A stretch of DNA of 47,618 bases, filler included, from Dimargaris cristalligena (taxonomy: Eukaryota): the NCBI GenBank assembly GCA_003614675.1. It is 2 parts of 2 records of this genome, joined end to end, with 100 filler letters (N's around TTAATTAATTAA, not from the genome) between each part and the next. Parts side by side here need not be neighbours in the genome. Positions count along the whole stretch, not along the records: positions 1 to 23,793 come from ML002604.1; 1 more part is not named here. The stretch is one strand, 5' to 3'. Of the stretch, positions 1-12,079 are shown piece after piece. Each line of letters begins with the position of its first letter. Position 1 is the first letter of the stretch. The notes under the pieces were generated by a model. That model was given only the letters and a program-made list of their open reading frames with translations. It was not told the DNA's origin and did not search any database. A program made the translations under genes and the position numbers.

Positions 1-1965
1 AGGGGCAGGGGCTCATTCGCTCATCAGGGGTGTACTTCTGATAAGTGCGAAAAATGGATTAAAAATAAAAGTAGGTAAAAAATGTGGTAAGTTCACCACA
101 CTTTGTATAAATAAAACACTACTACTCTTCTTCTTCTGACATATGGCCACAACTGATAAGTTTCAAAATATGTAGATCTCATTGGTTGAATTTACATTAT
201 GTGATAATTATTATAGCCAGTATTAGATTATTACCAATTCCTGATGAATTCTAGGACATCATAAAAAGTTGGGACATACCCTCCTACATTTGGGTGAAAC
301 TGTAGAACAACCTCACTGCACCCATTTGTCTACATGATTACTGCCAATTGACTATCACATTAAGCTAAATGTAGTATCCACACCTGTGTAACATTAATGA
401 CCAAAACTATTGAGCCTTTGCATTTCTCTCAAGAACCTAAATAGACATCTATAATGGCATGGGCTTAGCCCAACAGCTCGATAAAAATGGGATGGATTCT
501 AAATTATAAATGTTGGTAGACTAAATAGCATGATCTGACATGACCTAAAATGACAACTATATCATTGGTGGAATGAGTGGGCTAGTTTTCTCCATTGTGA
601 ATTATTTTAAAATCGAACTATTCCTCACAAAACATAACCACAGCTCTGAGTTGTCTGTAGTGACCTGTACCCCAATTAACCAAACAGGTTAATCCCAAAC
701 CCGACCCTTTAATATTTACTGAATGTGAAAGCCTTAATAAAGTTACGGCAGTCGATCTGTCAATCTCAAGAGAACCGCAAGTGTACGTCACTAAAAGGAC
801 TACCTGCCTGCGCTAAGTCATACTTCTACCATTTATATGAGATTCGATATACCGCTTAGTTCTCTTACTATGTGGACTACAGGGAAATCCATCAGTTTGA
901 ATGACGATGAGAGTCGTCAACGACTGGATTCAAGATGGTCTAGAATTATGCGTATAGAGGTTTGCCAATACGTAACTAGTTGCTGAATGCAACCCCTATG
1001 AGTAACCCACGATAAATGTGGGAAAAGTAGGCAAGTAAAAAGTACGGGTAATTAAACCTCCATATTGCAAATACCTGGATCGATAACGTCCCATTAAGGA
1101 GCATAATCAACTACAAGCACTGCAGCCTGAGGGGTGTGCAAATACGAGACTGCAAATACAATGGACGACAGTATTTGTGCTAATGATAGCAACCAAGGTA
1201 ACGATAACAAACTTAAAGGGAACGAGGGCCTGGTGGCCCTTGCCCGAAATTTAATGATGACCGGTCATAACTGAGTACACTGGGGACAATCATTACTATT
1301 ATTAGATGGTAAAAATGGTTGGTCCATCATCGATCAGATTATGCCCCTTCCCCCCTTGCAGATACGATGTGAGCATACTGGATTGACTCTGGCCTGCTCC
1401 CGCCACTCATCCTCTTGGCCCAGCTCTGGCCACCCCACTTGCTAGCTAGTTTGTTAGTCAAAGTCGTCATCCTATCGAGTTCATTATCTTCGTTTACGAT
1501 GAACATGCAGTATTTTAGACCCCTTTCGCCCCTGACGCACCAATCACCAGAATGTATTGACAATGGCGTGAATTGACCCCCTCCCAAAAAAGAAAAAGAA
1601 TCTATACCGAAAAAATCACCGATGAATCGCAGATGAGGACGAAGCGAGAAGGGTAATAGTAGAACAGGGGAGGGGCGCTTTGATGAGGACTCCCCAAGTT
1701 CCGGGGTAAAATGATGGAGAGAAGGGGCGACATCTAAATAAATGAAATATGCAATCCCCAGTACTCCCTCACTTATCCGATTGAAGACAAGCTCCAAGAG
1801 TACGCGTACGTAAAATGACACTAGAATGGTAAGAGGGGTCGGAATCACTTCCAGTCGTATACTTTTATGGGTTGCACTGACCCTATTGTGCATAATCGGT
1901 GTAATGGGTGGATCGCCTAACTAGTCGGCAAGGGCTATATAATATCCGAAAATCCAGGCCGAACG

Positions 1966-1972
1966 TATAAAA
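1966..1972 (+). promoter_or_regulatory. Candidate TATA box of the MFS transporter gene
   Basis: TATAAAAG about 215 nt upstream of ATG 2187. Motif only. Confidence 0.4.
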
Positions 1973-2186
1973 GGGTTACTGTGACATTGTGCCTCTGTGA
2001 TTCAGCCCATTCTGCACAGTATTAGTTATCATATTCATTTTCATATCTGTACATTTTATTTACCTTGCTCTAATCGACCGCTTCACTGTCTATAGTTGAC
2101 TCATTTATACATATTCCACCGCTTTTGTAGCACATCAACCTTGAATAACTTATCTTTCAATCGACAAATTTATATAGCATTCGGCA

Positions 2187-5100
2187 ATGCTAATGTCCAC
2201 TAAATCGGATTTGCTTAACCAGACTACGGGACCTGAAACGGGTGTGCCTCCTACGCCTAATCGAGCGGACTCGGGCTTGCCGACCGTTAGGTTTGCCCCA
2301 ATTCCCATTACCCACCCGAATACCATCACTGAGTCCTCGAATGGAGGCACCGCTTCCTTCCCCGTGGCGAACCACCACCCTTCCGCACCACTACGGATCA
2401 CCATGCCCCCACCCATGGCTACTCCGGGCCCAATTGTGTATACCACCGACTACTGGAACTTCCATCCACCATCGTCCCACGGCAACCCCACTCAAGCACA
2501 ACAACAGCAGCAGACACCGATTTTTACGACATTTACCCCCACCGTCGCCCAACTTCGGTACTTGATATCCGATTATCGCCCCCGGGACTACCCCCGTCAC
2601 GTGGAAGATGTAGCCACCCCATCGGGCGGTGGCCTAACGTCAGCGGGATCGGGGACCACCCCGTCCAATTCTTATTTTCCTAGCACCACACTTGCCCCGC
2701 TGCCTTCGGCGCGCTTGGGCCCTAAAGGCGCCGTCGATCACCATAACCGGCGCCACCATTGGTGGGGGGGCCACGACGAACTACAGGGAATTTTCAACCG
2801 GCGGAACCTCAGCACTGTTAAAAAGTCCGCCCCTGAACGTTCTATTGGCCGCTGCAATCAGTCCAGCGACCCTACGGGGCCACTATCAACCCATTCACTC
2901 AAGGGGAGGAATCTCTCCAAAAGTGACTTAGCAAGTGGGACATGGGCCCGATACGGACACGGATCGGAGCCCGGTGAAAAGGCCAAAGTAGACAGGGGTG
3001 GAGGGGCTAAGCCGACTGGTGGAAAAAAAGACAATAACCGGGATACCGGACCTACCCGTCTGGCAGCGGACGATATACCAACCAAGTCGAAGGCCAAAGG
3101 GCGGTCTTTTAATATCAGCCACCGTCAATTCATTTTAATCCTAGTCGGGCTAACCCTCACCGTCCTACCCGCGGCTTTAGATGAAAGCGTGGTGTCCAAC
3201 GTACTTCCCCAAATCAGTACAGTTTTTGGGCAACCCACCGAAAAAGGACAGTGGGTATCATCGGCGTATATTCTCGCTGCCACCTCCTTCTCCCCGCTCT
3301 ACGGTAAACTGGTGACGATTTTCGGTATTCGGGCCATGTTGTTATTCGTCTCTTTCCTCTTCATGCTGGGATCCGGACTGTGCGGACTGTCCACCAGTAT
3401 GGATGCCCTCATTGGGTTCCGGGCCTTGACGGGTGCAGCAGGGGGCGGCATGATTGTCCTGACGTTTATTGCCCTTTCCACACTTACGGGTCCCCGCACC
3501 CGCGGGGCTTATTTCGGGATTGTGGGGGCGGTGTTTAGTTTAAGCAATTTTATGGGCCCGTTGGTCGGAGATGCGTTTACGAGCTGGATCAGTTGGCGTT
3601 GGGGCTTTTTTTCGAGTATTCCCATGGGCGTCTTGTCCATTGCCCTCTTGACGGCTTCGTTTCGGGTACCCCACCCCTCCTCCTCGCCTATGGAGAATCA
3701 CTCCGTCGCGTCTCCAGCTTCGCCTTCGGTAACTTCGCTTGCATCGACGTCGTCATCATCATCATCATCCATATCCCCCATGCCGTCCTTCACCTCGGTC
3801 TCGTACCACCTGGTCATCAAACTCCGCCGCATCGACTACATTGGATCGATTTTGTTTGTAGGGGGTATCGTTTGCTGGCTCTTGGTAACCCAACTGGCTG
3901 GAGGAACCTGGCCCTGGACGTCCCCTCTCATCATCGCGCTCATTTCCTCTGGGGCACTACTACTGGCTGTCTTCATCCTCTATGAAATCCGCTGGGCCCC
4001 TGAACCTCTGCTTGATTTCCGGCGTCTACGTATTATCGGTCCGCACCGCAGTCGCAATGTACCTCTGAGCTGCGCCATCAGCTTTGCGGTGGGCTGGACT
4101 CTTTTTTCGGCCATTTCCTACTTGCCGCCCTTCCTCATGGCGGCCTATGGGTATTCCCTGGGAGGCGCTACCATTCGGATATTGCCCTTTATGGTGTGCC
4201 ATAGTATGGCCTCCATAGCCATTGGCCATATGACCCACCGTCCGGTGGTATTCCGTTATAGCGTGGCTGCGGGGGCCGTGATTACGTCCGTTGGTCTCAT
4301 ACTGCTATATACGGTCACATCCGATACGCCGTTGGCCCTATTTTTGTTTTACTCGTTTCTCTTGGGTATCGGAATTGGATTACCCATTCAGTTGGCCATA
4401 CTTCTGGCCCAGTTTTCCGTTGACGAATATGGTAAGCGACAGTAATGTATTATATGACCATCCATCATTATTTATAGTCTCGATCTTCATAATGCCCTGC
4501 CGGATCCAGATGGCCCCGTGTACATCATATCTGGTTCATACTAATTATGTTTAACCATTCACACACAATGATCTAACGTTTAGATATGCCCGTGGTGACT
4601 GCGTTTGTCAACTTTTGCCGAATGATGGGCGGTGCCTTTGGTGTAGTAGCCGAAGGCGCCATCTTTGATTCGGTACTCAACGCGAAAATAGCCAAGCTTC
4701 CCATAGCAGTAAGTAAGCTACACCAATCTTATGGGAGTATACGGTTTACGTTAATGGTCCCCTTCTGAGACCGCACCGGTTTTCTATTAGCAAACCCTAT
4801 GCCTAAACGAATATATATATATATATATATTGAGAGAGAGAGAATAGCTGTATGAATTCTAACTTGACCATTACCCCATACAATCGGACCCTACATTGTA
4901 ATTACGACAGACGGAACGACTAGCTGGGCCACTTACCAGTATCCACACTTTGCCCATGGCCATTGAAAAAAATGTCATTGAGGTATACAACTCGTCGTTC
5001 AACATCATGTTTTTGACATTGGGCGGCATGACGATAGTTATTCTCACCGCGGCGCTACTGTACCACACCCCAGTCCCACCCGGCAAAAACATTCAGGAAA

Positions 5101-5189
5101 AGTCCGACCGAGGCTCGTCGACCAGCAGTGACGCGGACTTGGAAAACGGAGTTTGGGTCGCGGAAAAGAACGAAGGGACCGGGCAATAG
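2187..5189 (+). CDS. Major facilitator superfamily transporter, DHA2 (14-TM drug:H+ antiporter) type; 3 exons
   Basis: Exons 2187-4431, 4584-4708, 4911-5189. Intron 1 is GTAAGC...CTAAC...TAG (phase 1, G|AT=Asp); intron 2 is GTAAGT...CAG (phase 0). DHA2-like motifs ALDESVVSNVLPQI, WVSSAYILAATSFSPLYGKL, WISWRWGFF, IDYIG, EPLLD and FCRMMGGAFG. About 310-aa low-complexity N-terminus; start may be 2187 or 2193. Confidence 0.9.
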
Positions 5190-5437
5190 AAAGAGTACTG
5201 CTGGTCAACGGAACTAGTCACATTATACGCTGGCATATGATGTGATTGGATCTTTGGGCCCCACTACTGGCAATGGCCCCACAGTTAATGATACTTTAAC
5301 TATAGCGACGGCCCGTGGTTTCCATTTCACCCTATGACTCTCTTCCCAAGGTCATTTAGCCTTCCTTTAGTTGAAAGTCAGTTTTACACCCCCCGTCTCT
5401 TTACTACCATTACCACCGCTGCGGGTCGCTATGCCTT

Positions 5438-5905
5438 ATGGCCCCTTGCACTACATTGACGATTCTCTCACTCTCCCTCCCACCACTCTCCTTCGCCACT
5501 TGTACATGCCTCCATGAGCCCCTCCCTGCCATGTGGACCGCAACCAACATGGCTGGGCCTATCCAAATGATTCTCCCCACTATATTGACCTTGGCCATTC
5601 TGGTCCTCTGCTCCCCCGTCCTCCTCCCGCTCTGCCTGTTCATCGTGGCCTGTGGCGTGGTGTCCACGCTACTGGCCCTGGGCGTTTTGGCAATGTGGGT
5701 CCTGGCGGCAGCTGCCCGTCTAGCTTGGCTAGCCCTGACCGATCTCCTCAACTGGGCGTGGCTAATGGTCCAACGTCTCCTTCTCGATATCCAGCAAGCG
5801 GTAGCCCTCGGGGTCGCTATGGTCAGCCGTCGCCGAAACCTGGTCTGGTCATTTCGAAAACAGAAAGCCAGCGACCAGGGCCCACCACCACCCAATGCTC
5901 CTTAA
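5438..5905 (+). CDS. Hypothetical hydrophobic membrane protein
   Basis: 155-aa ORF with a ~50-residue uncharged hydrophobic stretch (ILPTILTLAILVLCSPVLLPLCLFIVACGVVSTLLALGVLAMWVLAAAA), an amphipathic segment and a basic/Pro tail. Start uncertain (5438, 5531 or 5549). Confidence 0.55.
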   Translation: MAPCTTLTILSLSLPPLSFATCTCLHEPLPAMWTATNMAGPIQMILPTILTLAILVLCSPVLLPLCLFIVACGVVSTLLALGVLAMWVLAAAARLAWLALTDLLNWAWLMVQRLLLDIQQAVALGVAMVSRRRNLVWSFRKQKASDQGPPPPNAP

Positions 5906-6178
5906 AACAGGGTGACTGGCACTGAAAGGTCGATCAGCGAATTGTAATGTAAATAGTTTGAGTTACCCTTGTATATCGACATTTAGGCCATGCCCATATA
6001 CCCCGCACAGAGACTAGGTTCAATACTTTAATAATAAATAATAAAACATTAACAATACTACCTTGGATGGACAGCTCTAGGATGTAGACCTATACTAAAG
6101 TTTTATTCGGGAGGTACGTGTGACGAAAACATGATACAAATGTGATTTAAATTGGCTACAGCAGAATGATTGGCTGAT

Positions 6179-6716
6179 CTATTCCAGGGTCTTCTTTAAC
6201 TCGGCATTCATCAGCTCCAGACGCTTTTCGGCCTGCTTCTCCAGAGCCCGCTTCTTGACAAAGTACTCCGTCTAGATCAAGAGAAAAAATATATAAAACA
6301 CGGCAAGGTCATTAATTAGTAATCCGCCCAATATAACCAAGTATCCACAACGGGTGGTTACATATTGCATAATAAATCTATAGTTTTCTAATTACTGACA
6401 ATAGGCCGCCTGGCCAAAACAAAGGATGCCTCCCATACTCCAGCTTGAATCATCGAAAAATCCAGGTGAATTGCTGACATGATAATAAGCGTTTAAGATA
6501 TACGTAGATCAAAGCTGACCCCAAACTTACCCAGGCGGGTGGACATTGCTGATCGAACATTTTGTAGACGGAATCGCAGGCTGGGGGAATGTCCATGAAG
6601 CGAAGTTCTTCCTGGTTGGTGTCCAAGCACTTGAACAGGGCATCGCGGGCCGCCCAGCATACCTTACGGTCCTGGCGGTTGAGCTGCTTATAGGGAACTG
6701 AACTGGATCCGGACAT
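6179..6716 (-). CDS. COA6: Cytochrome c oxidase assembly factor 6 (COX6B-fold); 2 exons, 92 aa
   Basis: Exon 6716-6531 (…CPPAW|GTAAGT) and exon 6271-6179 (TAG|TEYFVKKRALEKQ…TLE*). Cx9C (CWAARDALFKC) plus Cx10C (CDSVYKMFDQQC) followed by W-x-x-YF-x-x-KR, typical of Coa6. Confidence 0.88.
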
Positions 6717-9645
6717 GGTTTGCGTGGATCGAGCTGACTGGGACCGGTAGGGATCAACAAAGGGCGGGCAAATGAATACAAAAATGTCAATTCGCTTATA
6801 TTAAATTAAGGATAATGCTAGAAAAGAGGGGGAGTATTGTTGCTAAGCTGAATAAGGTTGGGGGTGGCGGCTAATACCACATGAGGTCAAATGCAATGAG
6901 GCAATGGTCAGTTTGGCCCCACTTTGTTGAATGGGACAAATCCGTCACCACCGCCGTCACCCATACTCGACCACTGGGAATGAGACCCGTCAGTGAAACC
7001 CCGCCTTAAATAAGTAGGTTAGGCGGTGGGGCAGAAGTAGTACGTCCGTATACCAATATATATGGCGATTACCAGTACGATTTATTCTATTGCGCTGTTT
7101 TTTTATTATTATATATTTGATATTTCGCTCATCAGTGTGATTTCCAAACCATGTAGTAAACTAACCCAGTATATTTCTTGGGGAGGTCGCTCTCCTTGAA
7201 ATACAGGCGCAGGTTTTCCCAACAGCCTGTCGGGAGGAGGGGGTGCCAAGGCACCTGGTGTCGCTGGTAGTGACAGGCAAGGGAGTAGTCTATAAATAGA
7301 CCGAGTTAAGCTCTTAAGGTACATTTGTCCTTAAGGCCTTCCGCATCATATGCAAATATCAAATCACCGAATAATAACATATACAGTGGTTTAGAAGCCC
7401 TCGCAGATTGGATAACTCAACCACTTGGGTACCCATTCCGCTCATCGGGTAGGCAGAATGAGAAGAGGAGGAAACTAAAACCCCTCTTTTATATGAATCG
7501 AGTATCGAGTAGGCTGGGATATTTAAAGAATGCATCACACTGCAACACCCGCTTCATATATAGTCCACCGCTGCTGTTTATTTACTTTTGATGACCGGAC
7601 CACTCTTTATCCGGGGGATAGAGAAGCGGGGTTGGCTATGCAAAGTATATATCCACCGGGCCGAGTAGTGTGTTTTTTGACCATCGGGGTTGGTGGAATG
7701 GTAAATCACGCCCTTCTTATGGTGCAGGCGGTAGTGTGGCAATAAATCGGCTGACATAAAGACCAGGGGACACATCACAACTCGACTGAGATATGAAGGT
7801 AGATCCTAGCGGGGGGAGGGCTTGGCGTTTTATTGGGAATCAGTGGAATTGGTGAGCTGGTTGAAGGTGACTTCCCCTGAGTCGAGAGAGAAAGAATGGG
7901 TGTGAATTAGTGAAGGAGGTAACTGCGATCGATGGGTTTGATCACAAAGCAGCTGTGCGACAGGGAGAGTGGCCAAGCAGGAGCATAGCCGGATCATTTT
8001 AATGATGGGGTTCGCCATGGGCCAGGCAAATACAAGGCATGTGCTTCGAGGGTGGTGAACAATACGATACGGGGGAACCTTACCTGTTTGTATCTTTTCT
8101 ATTCAACATGTTTTGAGCTCTTTGATGTTCAATATAACTTGCATTAAAACTTTTGACCGACCCTTTAGGGTAAGTTTGAGGGATTATATGGGTAAATCAG
8201 GCTTACGTCACGTAAGTCCAACCTGCATAGCGGGAAGGTACACCCCCCTCCAATCAGCCGGGCCTTCCCAATCAGGCTCCTCTCGGAGGAGCGGGGTGGT
8301 ATTAAAGGCGGGATTACTACCGAATAGAGCCACCGAAGTGGGCCAGCCATCCTCCCCCCGGTCGACGGATGTGACCCTGCCTAAGGAGAATATATATATA
8401 TATATAAAGATGAATATGTAGACGGGGAGGTTGTCTCTATAATTAGCCCATTGTTTCCTTTAAAGTGGTGAAGATTGAAAAAGAAAAGTAATACCATTAG
8501 TATTGACGATAACTCCTCGCCCATTAATGAATGGGCATTGGAAGGCTACAAGGGTGTACCATAGAATATTCAAAGAACAGTACTGTATCACCAAGGCGCC
8601 TTGGCGGCCACCCCGTCCTTCTGTTAGCTTAGGCCAAAGAACGATGCCAGACCCCCTACAGTGGCTGCTATTTGGGCTTTTATTACTCTATTGTAGGACC
8701 TATTTGCGTTTGGTAATCGATATGATATAGGCTATGACCACTTCCTTATGCTGCGCCCAAACTAGGGCAATCCACCTACTTACTATGCTAATGGAGACAC
8801 TTACCTATTTGAAGCATGACGGCGCATCATACAGCATCAAAAAGGAACCCCAGTGAGGAGCCAACGTTGGTAACCGCTTGGCAAGATCACCTGTTGTCAT
8901 GTATGCTGTGGTGAAGCTGAGCTGGACTAGTGAGACTGGCCTCATTGGTATTGCAGCTACCAGTTGGTCTGAGTCAGCGGCAACAAGAACAATCAGGTGA
9001 GGCGCTGGAAAAGTGAGTACCTCAGGATGGAGTACAGTGCGGCAGATTAAAGCAAGGGTGGTTGGCCACTGTTTCCACCTTTCCTAGCCCGTCTATACGG
9101 TAGGAGGGGCCTAGGCCCTGGTTGGTGTTACTCCCTCGTGCCACTGGCGACGCATTCACGGATCACCCAGTTCGAGAGAAAAAGAGAGTATGTGAACGTA
9201 TTTGCAAGAAGAAGAAGGAAGAGGAAGAGAAAAGGGGAGAGGAATCCCACTGTGGCTATTATGTCATTTATCCCTCTAAAAAGATGTGGATTCTTCACCC
9301 TCTCGGCCCACTCCTGTTTGGTCATCATCATAGGACAACGCATATACTGTATCAATGCTGTGCATATAACCACCGCCGTGAGCCTATATTTACCTATACA
9401 TTTATTCACCAATCTACTTACCTACCTATCTACATACATATATATATAAAGGTTACCACCGGCCTCTTCGCTACCACTTCCACTATACCTTCCCATATTT
9501 CCAACCACTTTTTTCGCTTCCCCCTTCCACTTTTATTTAACCAGCCCCGCCGTCCTTGGCCGAGCCTTCGATTTCTCAGCCCCCCTCCATTGACCTTCTC
9601 ACTTCTCTCTCTCTCTCTCTCTCTCCTTCTCTCTCATATAACACC

Positions 9646-10278
9646 ATGAAGTTATTGGAAACTCTGTCGGCCCAAACCCCTTCGGGTAAGGTCAAGCGCA
9701 TATTTGCTACCGCCTTTCTAGTGGGCGCTGGTTGCTTAGTCTACTTATGCGCCACTTGGTCCGTCAACCCCGAACTTCAGCCCGACTTACTGTCGTTTCA
9801 CAAGCACCAAGACAAGTACGAGGCCATTCGCCGCAAAATCCGGGAACGTTACATGGCCCGTCTGAGGGAGCGGACTTGGGCTGACGAGTCCAGCCAGAGC
9901 GAGGAAAACCCTCTCCTCCATCACTACCACCGTCACCACCAGCGCTCTCTCTCGTCGGAACTCTCCGACGGGTTCAGCGAGGCCGCCGTCCGTGGGTTCC
10001 TCGAGGACTCTTTCTATGACCACGAGGACGATTTATCCGCCGACCGATTCCACGGTGCTGCTTCGGACTCTTCTAGCTTGGCCAGGGTTCAGTCAGTGTT
10101 AATGGAAGGGTCTTCTGACGCTCAAACCACTTTCAACGGGCTGCAACAAGAACATGCTACCCGGAAGCAACTGATTCACCGGTTGGATGCTCTGCTTTTG
10201 GAACAGCGGTCTCCTATCTACGCTCGGTCGAACGAATGGCTTTCGCGAAACCTACTCCGGCTTCATCAGCAGGTCTAG
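9646..10278 (+). CDS. Hypothetical single-pass membrane protein, 210 aa
   Basis: ATG 9646 in CACCATG context after a CT-rich leader (the ORF-track TTG start runs through a CT microsatellite). N-terminal TM segment IFATAFLVGAGCLVYLCATW, then a basic helix and an acidic/Ser-rich region. Confidence 0.65.
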   Translation: MKLLETLSAQTPSGKVKRIFATAFLVGAGCLVYLCATWSVNPELQPDLLSFHKHQDKYEAIRRKIRERYMARLRERTWADESSQSEENPLLHHYHRHHQRSLSSELSDGFSEAAVRGFLEDSFYDHEDDLSADRFHGAASDSSSLARVQSVLMEGSSDAQTTFNGLQQEHATRKQLIHRLDALLLEQRSPIYARSNEWLSRNLLRLHQQV

Positions 10279-12079
10279 TATGACTATTAATTTTTTCTCA
10301 GACCCTTTTGGGGGACTAGTCAAGGGCGAGGTGAATACGTTGTGACTACGGCGAGATTTTCGCCCGAGTTGCCAATCCTTTGAGTTGGATTTCCCAACCA
10401 CCCTGAAAGTGGGACGCGTCATTTTCCAACCATCCCTAACCAGCCCCGGTTTCAACTAAACCAATTGTTGCCTCTATTCGACAGGCAGTGCCCTGCCTCC
10501 TTCCAATCGCTCGAATTCCCTTGCCATATTTAGATTCATTTCCTTCCTTCCTTCATTATCCCCTTTATTACCAACCAGGGTGACTGTCTCATTTCCCCAC
10601 CGTCTGTTGTTTTCTCATATGTACCCTTTCTTTGTATTTTAATGTGAATGTTAGCCCATGTATAATCCCATCTTTAGCATTTGTTTGTCTAGTCAGTGAA
10701 TGTTTTCTTTTTTACTTGCAGTCTTTCCGTTTTTTTAAAAGAGATACCATAGTATTTTATGGAGCTCACCTCAGCTCGAAACCCATCTGTCGAATACTTA
10801 TTTCCTGGTATTGGCCAGTTACTGGTGAATCCACATCTTCACCAAAATACCCAGGTTTCTTAACCGGGCTTCTCAGCAAGTATCCTGACTCTACAATCTC
10901 TCAATGGAATTATATAATATGCATACCTCGAATATCAACCATCCCCTTCATTCACCCTATATTCCTAGCCAAGCAATCGTGCCTACTCAGGGAAATACCC
11001 CTCACTAACCCTTACCAATAAAACACCTAAAGTCTCCCAAATCCTACACCCAAGCGACCCGTTGTCAGCAATACTGTTTATTGTGATAACAATGACCGGA
11101 ACATTCAATACGAAAACCTCATTGGTCATTTATTTGAGATTGTCTAACACCAGTTGATTTTTTTTATTTTTTATCGCTAAACCAACCACACTGAGCTATG
11201 TTTAATACGTTATTGTTTCTAAGGGGGAGAATCTTTTGCCATACAGGCCTCAAAAGTCCACCAACGCTAATGGCTGATGCAGCGCTCTTTAGGATATACT
11301 AGTATGGTTGCTAGATTGACTTCAGAAGCCCTTCAATTGGAATATAATCATCACTAGTAAATTTCATGACTTTCGATACCATCCGTATATTATTAGTAAA
11401 TCAAATTGGCAAAAGAACTGCGATAATCTATATCTGTAGGGCGGAGGAAAGTTAGCTACCAAGTGAGGATAAGTAGCCCAGGGTTTTGGGTAAGGTTTAA
11501 TACGTTATATTTAACACGGTTCCGTGTGTGCAAATGAATTATATAATCCCTTTTGCTTTATTGCCTGGTCGCTTGTACACCTGGCCATTATTTATGGTAA
11601 CCTGGCCACTATTTCATGCACTCCTACCATAATCAGACGCTATAATAAGATATTTTGGTGGAGGGATGACACGGTAGAATTAGCAGAATACCGCCAATCA
11701 ATACACGTGACCTATTTTCACCGGTCACCCATCTGGATATCTTTTTTTATATATATATTTTCTTTTTCAGAGAGATACACCGGCCCGAGGCACTCGATGT
11801 TCTGCTGGTCTGGCGGATAATTTTCCTCCACCTGGCCCTTTTTTCGTTCTTCAGCTGTGGCCGACTTTTCCTCCTCTTGCTGTGCCCAACTGCACCTACC
11901 ATATTTCCCCCCTATTAACCGTCGTAGGTCGAAGGGCCCGTCAGTTCACCGGTTCACTCCCGCATTCCTTGATTTTTTTTATATCATTCGTCAAGTTGCC
12001 TTTTGGTGTCCGGCCACTCCTAACTATCTTCTTTGCTTCTTCGTTCACCGCGAGAGAGATCCCCTTGTGAAGTTTTACC

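Noticed and set aside
1339-1893. 184-aa minus-strand ORF
   Set aside because: No recognisable domain or codon bias; lies in the MFS upstream region; probably chance.
7109-8420. Short ORFs and splice-like sites (e.g. minus-strand CAG|GTAAG near 8084 and CTAAT…CAG near 7877)
   Set aside because: Could not assemble a phase-consistent ORF with any recognisable protein; may be decayed sequence.
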